From assembly GCF_963921235.1 (NCBI RefSeq), contig NC_086108.1, positions 31,994,001-32,058,000 of the forward strand: DNA of 64,000 nt, given 5' to 3'. This DNA comes from Mobula hypostoma (lineage: Eukaryota). A program made the translations under genes and the position numbers. Shown piece by piece: positions 37,674 through 48,860 of this stretch. Within the stretch, counting starts at the first letter, position 1. Each line of letters starts with the position of its first letter. The notes under the pieces are model-generated. The model ran no database searches, was not told the DNA's origin, and was given only the letters and a program-made list of their open reading frames with translations.

Positions 37674-38203
37674 CAGTACAGTGCAAAAGTCTTAGGCACA
37701 TATATATAGCTAGGGTGTGTAAGACTTTTGCACAGTTACATATTTGTCAATGTTTGTAAGTCTGGCAGGAGCAAAGGATGATGGGAATGGCGAGGATATT
37801 CTGCCGCAGGAGGGGTGTTGAACAGTTAACACAGAAGGAGTGCCGGGGTGGGGGCTGGTGCAGGTGCAGACATAGACACACCAGCACTAAGACACCATGC
37901 AAGGTCATTGATTCTAAACAACTGGCTTATTGATCATTACAGAATATCTCTCTGATGCTTCCTGCTCCCTCCCCTCTCCCCTTTCCCAACCATGATTCCC
38001 CTCTCCTTGACCCCTTCCCACTCTCAGTCCACAATAGAGACCCATTTCAGAATCAGGTTTATGATTATTCACATATGCCATGAAATTTTTTTTTGCGGGG
38101 GGGGGCAACAGTGCAGTGTGATACATAAAACTGCTACAGTACTGTGCAAAAGTCTTAGGCACCCAAGTTCTATATATGTGCCTAAGTCTTTTGCATGGTA
38201 CTC
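37674..38203. mobile_element. Tc1-type MITE with compound palindromic ends, inserted in a plus-strand SINE
   Basis: TA|cagtacagtgcaaaagtcttaggcac ... gtgcctaagtcttttgcatggtactc|TA; SINE head with B box ggttcaatcc at ~37470-37625 and SINE tail at ~38206-38265. Confidence 0.85.
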
Positions 38204-40645
38204 TATGTAGATGGGTGCTTGATGGTTGGCATGGACAGTGTGGGGCAAAGAGCCTGTTTTCTATCCTTTACTGCTATTTCTAAGCTGTGCTTAGACAAAA
38301 CAGTGAAAAATTCTATAACCCAACAAAATTAGCCTGATTTGGATAATAGTTCAGCTTTGGTAAGAAGTGCACGATATGAAAATAAATATTGAAATTATAA
38401 CAATTTTACAACACCTGTACACCTTAATGCAACTCAGCTGGAATATGCCTATAGGCATCAAAAATAAGCATGCTGGCTGCATCTCTCCCTCTATCACTTA
38501 CTTCATAAAATCCTGCAAGTCCAGTTGTACTGGGAGCCTAGTTGCTGTCACCAACCTGCAAAGCAGAGCAGGTTGCAAGCAGTGATTGGCCTCAAGAAGT
38601 ATATACTGAAGTGCTGTGCCAGACTGCCAGGAGGCCTTTACACATCTTTCTGCTGTTCAAAAACACGGGGTCAGATAAATGGTAATAAGGCAAATAGGGC
38701 CAAACATTAAAAAAAAATCAAAGAGATACTCATGGAAATGGATCCTTCAGACCACCCTGACTATTTGGCCACAGACGAGAGGTGGGTGTTTTGTGTGCCC
38801 AAACTGGCAATAGTCTTCTAAATAAACTTTCTCATTTGCCATGGCAAATTTTGAGCAGAGATTAGATTAGATTATGAGGACACGCAGTCCTCTTTTATTG
38901 TCATTTAGTAATGCAGGTGGGGATACTAACCACTATACTATAGATTATTATTGATTAATGAATTAGTAGCAATAATTGAGGACTTTTTATTAAGGAAAAG
39001 GGATGAGTCCTGTTACTTCATTACATATACTCATAATTTATTAATAAAAGTATAATACAGATTGAAATAAATGAAATATTTTAGAAAACCTGTTCAAAGA
39101 TTATGAATATTAATATTTTAAATACACAATTAAAATAATATCATTTCTAAATATTGTAATTGTAAATATTTACAATCCAAATACTGTACACCAGGTCTGT
39201 GAGAACTTCAAAATATATCATCCACCGGCTCGTGTTCAGATTAGATATGGCAAAGTTATTTCCCAAGGTAGGGGAATCTAGGACAAGAGGGCATGACTTC
39301 AGGATTGAATCAGCCCATGACTGAATGGCGAAGCAAACTTGATGGGCTGAATGGCCTGCTTCTGCTTCCATATCTTATGGTGTTCTCAAAACGGCCTAGC
39401 TGGTGTGAACCCTGCATGAGACGTTTCCTGTGAAAACATCTCACTGCTCTAGGGTTATAAAAGATAATTTGCTGCTTCATTTGGGAGTAAAGATGATCAT
39501 TATGTATCTTTTCATTATAGGTGGGGTTTAAAGAATCGAGGGATGGTAGTGCCTAATGAAGTTTTTATGCAAGCCATCTTGCACATGCGCACCATAAGTT
39601 CACAAGACATTGGAGCAGAATTAGGCTGTTCAGCCCATCAACTTTGCTCCACTATTTGAATATAGCTGAGTTATTTTCCCTCTCAATCCCATTCTCCTAC
39701 CTTCTTCCTGTAACGTTTGATGCTCTTACTAATCAAGAACCTATTAAACTCCACTTTCTCAACACTACCTGCCCTTCCACTTTGAAATCATCTGCAACCC
39801 TGGCCACAAAGCCATCAATTCCTTCATCTATATCACTAACATATAACGTGAAAGGATCAGATACAACACTGACCTCTGTGAAACACAATAATCACTAGCA
39901 GTCAACCACAAAAGGCCTCCTTTATTCCTACTCATTGCTTACTGTCAGTCAGCCAATCTTCTATCCATGCTAGTATCTTTACTGTAGTACCATGGGCTTC
40001 TATCTTGTTTAGCAGTCTCATGTGCAGCACCTTGTAAAGGACTTCTGAAAATCTAAGTAAACAACATCCACTGACTCTCCCTTAGTTTATCCTGCCTATT
40101 ATTTCCTCAAAGAATTCCACCAGATTTGTCAGGCAGTTTCCCTTTAAGGAAATCATGTTAGATTCAACCTATTCTATTACTTACCCCAAAACCTTACCAT
40201 TAATAATAGACTCTAACATCTTACCAAACACTGAAGTCATACTAACTAGCCTATAATTTGTTGTCTTTTGCCTCTCTCCCTCCCTGCTTAAAGAGTGGAG
40301 TGACATTTAGTTTTCCAGTCTTCCAAAACTATTTTAGAATCTATTGATTCTAGAATGATCACAGCTAATGCCTCTGCAATCTCTTCAGCTACCCCTTTCA
40401 GAACCTTGGGGTGTCGTCCATCTGGTCCAGCTGACATAACTATCTTTAGACCTTTCAGCTTCGCAAGCACCTTCTCCTTAGCAATAGCAGCTACACTTGC
40501 TTCTGCCCATGACTCTCTTGGAATTTCTGGCATGTTGTTGATGTCTGGCATATTCCAAAGTGAAGACGGATGCAAAATACCTATTCAGTTCATCCTCCAT
40601 TCCTTTATTCTCAAATACTGCTTCTAGAGTGTCATTTTCCAGCAG

Positions 40646-41670
40646 TCAGAATCAGCATCAGGTTTAATATCATTGACATACGTCATGCGATTTGTTGACT
40701 TTACAGCAGCAGTACAAAGCAATACGTAATAATAGAGAAAAAATGTGAATGACAGTAAGTAAACATATATTAAATAGTTAAATTAAACTAGTGCAAAAAT
40801 AGAAATAAAATAGTATTGAGGCAGTGTTTATGGGTTCAATGTCCATTCAAGAATGAATTGTTGAGTGTGTACCTTCTTGCTTCTGTACCTCCTTCCTGAT
40901 GGTAGCAATGAAAACAAGGCTGACTTAGGTGCTGGGGGTCCTTTAATGATGGACTCTGCCTTTTTGACGCATCATTCCTTGAAGATGTCCTGGATTCTGC
41001 AGAGGCTAGTGCTCATGATGGAGCTGACTAAGTTTACAGCTCTCTGCAGCTTACTTTCATCCTGTGTAGTAGTAATACTGGACGGTGATGCAGCCATGTA
41101 GAATGCTCTTCACAGTACATACGTAAAATTGTTGAGTGTTTTTGGTGACATACCAAATCTCCTCAAACTCCTAATGAAATATAGCTGCTGCCGTGCTTTC
41201 TTTGTAACTGCATCACAGGTTGCAGAGATGCTAACACCCAGAAACTTGAAATTGCTCACTCTTTCCACTTCTGATCCCTTTACAAGGACTGGTGTGTGTT
41301 CCCTCGTTTTACCCTTTCTGAAGTCCACAATCAGTTCTTTGGTCTTACTGACGTTGAGTGCAAGGTTGTTGCTGTGACACCGCTTAACTAGCTGATACAT
41401 CTTTCTTCTTTTTGCCCTCTCGTCACCAGCTGAAATTCTGCCAACAATAGTTCTACTGTAAGCAAATTTATAGATGGTATTTGAGCTGTACCTAGCCACC
41501 AGTCATGGGTGTAGGGAGAGTCGAGCAATGGGCTAAGCAGTGTTAATTGTCAGTGAGGTAGAAGTGTTGTCTTCGATCCCTACAGATGTGGTCTTCCAGT
41601 TAGGAAGTCGAGGATCCAGATGCAGAGGGAAATACAGAGGCCCAGGTTCTAGAGCTTTTTGATCAGAACC
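40646..41670 (-). mobile_element. Rex1/Babar-type LINE fragment nested in CR1
   Basis: ORF 41110..41499 (NNLALNVSKTKELIVDFRK, FKFLGV, KKARQQLYFIRSL); tail ...attaaacctgatgctgattctga. Confidence 0.88.
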
Positions 41671-41718
41671 TGGGCCTCTGATAGCCACTTTTGCCTCTCT
41701 TTTACTCTTCATTTATCC

Positions 41719-42438
41719 ATCGTCCCTTGACATTCAGTGGCATCACAATCACTGAATCCCCTACTATCAACATCCTGGGGGTTACCATTGACAGGAAACT
41801 GAACTGGTCTAGCCATATAAACACAGTAGCTACCAGAGCAGGTCAAAGGCTAGGAATTCTGCAGTGTGTTAACTCATCTCCTGACTCCCCAAAGCCTGTC
41901 CACCATCTACAAGTCTCAGGTCAGGAGTGTTATGGAATACTCACCACTCACTTGGATGAGTGCAACTCCATCAACACTCAAGAAGCTTAACACCATCCAG
42001 TACAAGGGAGCCCACTTGACTGGTACCCCTTCCACAAGCATCCAATCCCTCCACTATTGGCGAACAGTTGCAGCTGTATGTACTATCTACAAGATGCATT
42101 GCAACAACACACCAAAGTTCCTAAGGCAGCACCTTCCAGACCCAAGACCACTACCATCTAGAAGGACAAGAACAGCAGATACCTGGGAACACCACCACTT
42201 AGAAATCCCCCTTGAAATCACTCTCCATCCTGACTTGGAAACACATCAGTGTTCATTGTCGTAGGGTCAAGATCATGGAGTTCCCTCCCTAACAGCACTG
42301 TGGGTGTACCTATATCTCAGGGACTGCAGCGGTTCAAGAAGGCAGCTCATCACCACCTTCTCAAGGGCAACTAGCAATGGGCAATAAATGCCGGCTTAAC
42401 TGGCAATGCTCAAATCCCGCAAATGAATAAATTTTTAA
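41719..42438 (+). mobile_element. CR1/L2-group LINE 3' fragment of a different family, nested in CR1
   Basis: ILGVTIDRKLNWSSHI...RAGQRLGIL, YKSQVRSVMEYSP; tail gggcaataaatgccggc...aaatgaataaa. Confidence 0.8.
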
Positions 42439-43129
42439 AAACTGAAAAAAACTTTTGTATCCTTTTATATTATTGGTTAACACCTCCATATTTATTTTTT
42501 TTCTCTCCTTATTGCTTTTTGTTGCCTTCTGTTGATTTTTAAAAGCTTCCCAATCCTCTACTTTCCCACTAATTTTTTTTATATTGTAGGCCTTCTCTTT
42601 CGATTTTATGCTGTCTTTGACTTCCCTTGTCAGCCATAGTTGTCTCATCCTCCCTTTCGAATGTTTCTTCTACTTTGGGATAAACTGAACCTGCACCTTC
42701 TGAATTACTCCCAGAAACTCCAGCCACTGTTCTCTAGCATCAACCCCGCTAATGCCCCCTTCCAATCAATTTTGGTCAGCTCCTTTCTCATGCCTCTGTA
42801 ATTATCTTGACTCAATTGTAATACCAATGCATCTGATTTTAACTTCTTCTCAAACTGCAATGTGAATTCTATATTATGATAACTGTCTTCTAAGGGTTCT
42901 TTTACCTTAAGCTCCCTAATCAAATCTAGTTCATTGCACAACACCAAATCCAGCACCTATTTTTACACTAATCCTACTCTAAACCTATTTTATTTTCCCC
43001 ATATTTCCACCAATAGCCCTTCTAATTCTACCACTCACTTACACAATAGGGGAGGTCTACAGCAGCCAATTAACCTACCAATTCACAGATTGCTGGTGGG
43101 ATCAAACTGGAGATGTCTAAGATATGTAA

Positions 43130-43960
43130 AACGTAAAAAAAATCTAAAGCTGTTCCAATTAAATATCTGAGCATTTGCAGTAAGGCAGGCAAATTAACAG
43201 CAAAAATATACTTGGCATTGGTTAAACACAATTCCAGGGTAACTAACTAAGCTTTGAGACTATATTCAATATTTAGGAAGGATAGACAAAAAGGAAAAGG
43301 TGGTGTCTGATACTGATAGTTAAAAAATTAAAACAGGACCATAGTGAGAAAGCATATTAGTTCAGAAAATTAGGATAAAGAATCAGTCTAGCTGGAGTTA
43401 AGGAGTTCTAAAGGGCAGAAAAAGATCAGTGAAGTTGTCTTTTAGCCTTCAAACATGATTGGTAATGTAGGTTTAGAAATTAGAGGTGTATCTAACACCA
43501 ATACTACAGTAATAATGTGCAACTTTAATCAAAATAATCACTGGCCTTTTCCTTTTTGTCTATCCTTCCTAAATATTGAATATAGTCTCAAATCTTGGTT
43601 AGTTACCCTAGAATTGTGTTTAACCAATGCCAAGTATATTTTAGCAATAATACTATGGAGTATGAATTCCTGGATTGAGACATTTTTTTTAAACCAGTAT
43701 ATTGAAGAGCTAACAAGGATGACAATATCTTAAATTTGGTATTGCTTAATGATAAGTGACTCATTAGTAATTTTGTCTGAGAGTACTTTAGGGAAGAGTG
43801 ACACAGTTTCATAGAATTCCTCATTAAGATGAAAGGTGAAGAAGTTCAATCAGAAATTGGGGTCTTAAGTTTAAACAAAAGAAAATAGGAACATATGAGG
43901 AGAGTTGGTTATGAAAGGTTGGCATTAATAAAGCTTTGCAATGGACAGACAATGGCACTG
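43130..43960 (+). mobile_element. Old CR1 endonuclease-region remnant
   Basis: FRKDRQKGKGG, FLNQYIEELTR...ILNLVL and LGKSDTV-like remnants. Confidence 0.6.
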
Positions 43961-44304
43961 AATGAAGACTTTATTTACATACAATAAACTTAAGGCAACA
44001 CTTTGCTTGCAAGAAATATTCAAGCTTTTCTGATGCACAGTTAAACAATTCATCCCAAAAATAATACTTTTTTCTAGCACTGCCTGAAATCAAGAAACTA
44101 AAATATTGAAATGAAAGATGCCTATTATATGTAATTCACTTGCTGAATGTCATCTTCACAGATTCATAAATGAAATTCATAAATAGAGCAACATCACTAA
44201 GCAGTAGAAATTCACCCACCAAACTTGTTCCATTTAACTATTCCATTCTATTCTATCACCGTAAGTTCTGAATTCTGTCAATGTTTAATTTCTTGTCTAC
44301 TTAC

Positions 44305-44416
44305 AGTGCACTTCTCTGGATAAACACCAGCCCGAAGAAATGATGCTTTCCAACCATCTAGCTCCTCCTGAGAGTCACAAGCAAGTTCTAAGAATCGATA
44401 ATCCTTATAAACATTC
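44305..44416 (-). CDS. DNM3: Dynamin PH-domain exon (112 nt): (R)[37 protein letters not shown]
   Basis: Acceptor ccttcactag|G, donor ACT|gtaagt; phase 2 in, phase 0 out. '[14 protein letters not shown]' resembles DNM3 more than DNM1 (YRQLELACET) or DNM2 (LRQIELACDS). Confidence 0.95.
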
Positions 44417-44563
44417 CTAGTGAAGGAAGTAATAATCACAAAATATTATAAAATCTGTATATCTACCCGATTTTGTTGAGATTAACATTATACAGGCACA
44501 ACATTGGACGTTGATGATCACACCAGGTAAATACTCAACTTTGATTCTGTTATGAAAGATATA

Positions 44564-45155
44564 CGAGGGGTGATTGATAAGTTCGTGGCCTAAGGTAGAA
44601 GGAGTCAATTTTAGCACATTTATTTTTTAACATAGTCCCCTCCTACATGTACACACTTAGTCCAGCGGTCGTGGAGCATACGGATCCCTTCTTTGTAGAA
44701 GTGGTCCACAGCGGGGGTGCTTGATAAGTTCATGGCCTACAGTAGAAGGAGATGAGTTAATAACTTCAAACTTTCTGCACTAGCACTGAAAGAATTGAAC
44801 TGCTCGTGCATGTAACGGGAGCGTCTTGGATCTCCAGGTGGTCCACAACTGGGGTGATTGATAAGTTCATGGCCTAAGGTAGAAGGAGATGAGTTATACA
44901 GCTCTCGTTACATGCACGTGCAGTTCAACTCTGAGTGAAAATGCAGAAAGTTTGAAGTTTCTCCTCATCTCCTACTGTAGGCCACAAACTTATCAACCAC
45001 TTCTGGAGGTCCAAGATGCCAACTTCTACAAAGAAGGGATCTGTATGCTCTATGACCACTGGACTAAGTGTGTAAATGTAGGAAAAATAAATGTGCTAGG
45101 TTTTCTAAAATTGACTCCTTCTACCTTAGGTCACGAACTTATCAATCACCCCTCA
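44564..45155. mobile_element. Mariner-derived palindromic MITE
   Basis: TA|cgaggggtgattgataagttcgtggcctaaggtagaaggagtcaattttag ... ctaaaattgactccttctaccttaggtcacgaacttatcaatcacccctca|TA; both arms carry the mariner C-terminal peptide FYKEGI.ML.D.WTKCV.VG(GDYV). Confidence 0.92.
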
Positions 45156-46191
45156 TACAAATTGTTCCTATCGTAATGCAGCATTTCAGTGTATCATTAC
45201 ATGCTCTTTCTCTCATGCTAATCAAGCTTCCTTTTGAAAGCAGCACATTATCTGTCTCATCTACCTTTCGCAGAAAAGTCCACTTGACAAATCACCCTGT
45301 TTAAAAAAAAAATCACCTTAGTCATCTATGTGATTTAAGTAATTAACTTGTATTTATAATTTTGGCTTATCTCACAGAGAGATATTCTTCACTCATCTAA
45401 CTCGTGCAATCAGATCATAATTTTGAAGTTCCCTATCAGGGCATCCCTAAGTCTCCTCTTCTCCAATGTATAGAGCTGCCAATTTTATACCCCCTATTGA
45501 AACAGCTGATAAATCTTTTTTGATCATAGAACAGTACAGCACAGGAACAGGCACACTGTCTCACAATGTTGTGCCAAACTAACTAAACTAGTAATCAATG
45601 CCTAATTAAAATAATCACTTCTGGATGAACAGTGTCCATGTCTTTCCATTCTTTCACATTTCTGTGCCTACCTAAGAGGCTCTTATCACCTCTGTTGTAT
45701 TTGCCTCAGCTATCATCCTTGATAGGGCACTCCATGCATCCATTCACTCTCTGTGTAGAGAACTTGTCCCACATATCTCCTTTGAACCTACTCCTTCTCA
45801 TCTTAAATGCACAACCTCTAGGATAGACATTTCGACTCTGAACAGAGGACTTTAATATTAAGGCTTTTCTGTAAATACGAAACTTGAAATATAGGAAACT
45901 AAGCTCCAACAGGAATCCTGATTAAAATGCGCAAATCTAGAAATTTAGAAAACAAAATTGTATTATCACACATTGTAATTTGACCTAAGAAATAGGATAA
46001 AGTCAAAGACTTTCTTATGTGTATTAATTACATGTATTATTTTCCTGGACACAAGGAACAAAGATAACAGTTGTGTCTGATCCAGAAATAAACTTCATTT
46101 AAATTAAGAACAAGGATTTCAAAAATAAATTTTGTGATAAAAATTTTGAAGGATCTACATCGGGAGAATCAACTGCAAATTGCTTAATGTA

Positions 46192-46583
46192 CACTCAGTG
46201 TACCTAATAAAGTTGCCACTGAGTGTCTATTCATCGTCTTCTGCTGCTGTAGCCCATCTATTTCAAAGTGCTGCTAACTGGATGTTCTTTGTTTTTCACA
46301 GCATTTTCTGTAAACTCTAGAAACAGTTGTGTATGAAAATACCAGGTGATCAGCAGTTTATGATATACTCAAACCACTCAGTCTGGCCCCAACAATCATT
46401 CTATAGTCAAAGTCACCTACATCACACTTCTTCCCCATTCTGATGTTTGGTCTCAGTAATAACTGAACCTCTTGACCACGTCTGCATGCTTTTATACATT
46501 GAGTTGCTGCCACGATTGGCTGACTAGAAATTTGCATTATCGAGCTGGTGTAGAGGTGTACCTAATAAAATGGTCACTGAGTG
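46192..46583. mobile_element. Tc1/mariner-type MITE
   Basis: TA|cactcagtg ... tacctaataaaatggtcactgagtg|TA, with a second copy of the right-end motif at 46201-46225. Confidence 0.8.
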
Positions 46584-47293
46584 TACTAGTTATGAGTGGT
46601 TAGAGAAGTCCAACTCAGCCAAGCTCATTCATAAACAAAGCCAATCTTTACAGATGATTCAGTCATACTAGCTGCTGTACTTTATACAAATCAAAATGGA
46701 GATGGCAAACAAATCTATTTGTTCATCATGATAATCAAAGAACAGGGTTACTATTAAACAAGCTGCCCTATCATTATGGTTCCCTGTATATTAATATTTA
46801 AATAGATTTGTCACTGCTATGAAATGGGTCATTTGCACGAGAAAGTTTAGCAGAACTACAGTATGGTACAATACAAAAACCTGCACATTTCGCAACACAA
46901 CACAAATGTGCACATGTAGTGTCCATGTTTAGTGATGAGACCAAACAGATGTTTTTCCATTTATTACCATGGTGAAGTAATGGCCAACAAGGTCTGTATT
47001 TACTGGTAAAGCCATCATACTAGCAAAGTTGGTAATAAAAATCTAAAATCAGAATCATAATCAGGCTTATCACTAATTTATGGAGGTGTTGCTTGATTAG
47101 CTCAGTATTTATAGCATGTTATGCTTTAATTTCAACAATCGTATTGTTGCTCATACACAATGGTTCTAAGTTCATGGGCCACTTTGAGCAGATGCATTAT
47201 ATGTAACAAAGGTGTCCCAAATATGTCTTTTTATTTTGATGTGGTTACTGAAGGAAGGGTGGCACATGTCCAACTTTGAAATAAATTTTTGCA

Positions 47294-47296
<3 letters not shown>

Positions 47297-47328
<32 letters not shown>
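47297..47328. repeat. (TA)n microsatellite
   Basis: About 16 TA units. Confidence 0.95.
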
Positions 47329-47332
<4 letters not shown>

Positions 47333-48507
47333 AGAATTTTAATTCTAGAAGCGTGGCATGTGGCATCTATTTCTTAGCAACTGTACTACTTTCTATAGTC
47401 AATCTAATGAGCAAGCTGTCAGGAGCTACCAATCCATCAAATTTTATTTTATATTTTTCCATAATTATTGCAATCATAATAGTTATGAAATTTCATAACT
47501 GGACACACTAACAGGAAAAACATGAATTGGAATATTCACAATATTACATTAACAAAATTTTCAGCTTGGAAAGTTGCCTCAATTGGACAACACTGCCCCC
47601 TTGGCATTCTGTTGATATCATTGATATAAAGTACATGCAAACAAGTACAATTGTAATGAAACACAAAATGAGAAAATAATGAAACATGATGTCTGAGATT
47701 GTAATTACAACATCTTAAAGTATTACTGCTTGAATTAACATTTGCAATTTTTGGATAATCTCATATGCATGGTATAAGAATGTCTTTGTCACCTCTTTTA
47801 TTGACTGAGTTCTCACAGAGGACAAGTTAACCCAGCAAAATAGAATTATCACTAATGTCTGCCATCACCGAGACTGTCATTTTCTGAAACCCTATAAATG
47901 TGTAACTTTTATCACTTAAATGGCATCCCTTACTGCTTAATTGTAAGTTATTGAGTAGTTATAAAGATGCTGATGAAATCTTTTAATACACTTTTGTTGC
48001 TTCTAGACTTAAACATTTCAATGCATTTATGGGAAGCCAGACATCTACATTCTGCCAATTCCAGCTCATCCCTGACAATGAAATGGTTGCTGGCCATTTC
48101 TCAATTTTAATATTTCCATCAGTGGCAAATTTTGCACAACTGCCGAGACCCCAAGATTTTGTTTCCTCAGCCACTTCAACTATCAGTACTTCATTAATAT
48201 GCTTCCTGATATCAACAATTTGAGATCTGGGTAAACAAGTTATTTATGCAGCTACTGTTGCAAAATAAAAAAAACAAAAATGCAACCTGTTGAATAAGGA
48301 GTTGATCATCTGTTCTTATAACCTCTTTTTCTGGCTTGTGTTAATCTTTACCTGATAATGCTCCTGCAAATTGCCGGGTGAATTAAACCATATTAACTGT
48401 TTTTATGTTAGCATAAGCAGCTGTATTGTGGGTGGGATACACAAGTGTAGGTTTCTTAAGTGACTTACTTAGAGCAGGAGTTATTTACTTATTCTATCAT
48501 TTAGAGC

Positions 48508-48860
48508 TGGGTGGTGGAGTGGAGATAGTCTCTTCCAAGGGATGTGTAAGGTACTCCCTCTGCTAGCCTGCAGGTCATCCTTGGGCAAGGCGTAGCATCT
48601 GCTTAGCACCACCTCCCAATCAGGGTCATGTAAAGCCATGGTTGTATGAGTAGTTGGTGCATATCACAAATCCTAGTTGAGCACCCACTGACACCAGACA
48701 ATCTCTGAAGAGCACTGATAATGGCTGGGGTCTCCCATCTTGTAAAAGGCAATGCTCACAAGAAGGCAATGGCAAACCACTTCTGTAGAAAAATTTGCCA
48801 AGAACAATCATGATCACAGACCATGATCACCCACAGCACATAACGATGATGATGATAATG
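48508..48860 (+). mobile_element. RTE/BovB-related SINE-like element
   Basis: 12-bp TSD atcatttagagc at 48496-48507 and 48861-48872; motif gaaggcaatggcaaaccact; (gat)n tail. Confidence 0.8.

Larger units (their letters stand above)
39595..42955 (-). mobile_element. CR1-clade LINE (internally deleted) hosting two younger insertions
   Basis: LDLVLCNE, GPDGRHPKVLKGVAEEIAEAL, EDWK; host sequence is collinear across 40645 / 41680-41718 / 42440. Confidence 0.8.

Noticed and set aside
44564..45155. Repeated ~40-bp motif with spacers, superficially CRISPR-like
   Set aside because: The repeats are mariner TIR copies in both orientations with TA TSDs; eukaryotic context and no cas genes.
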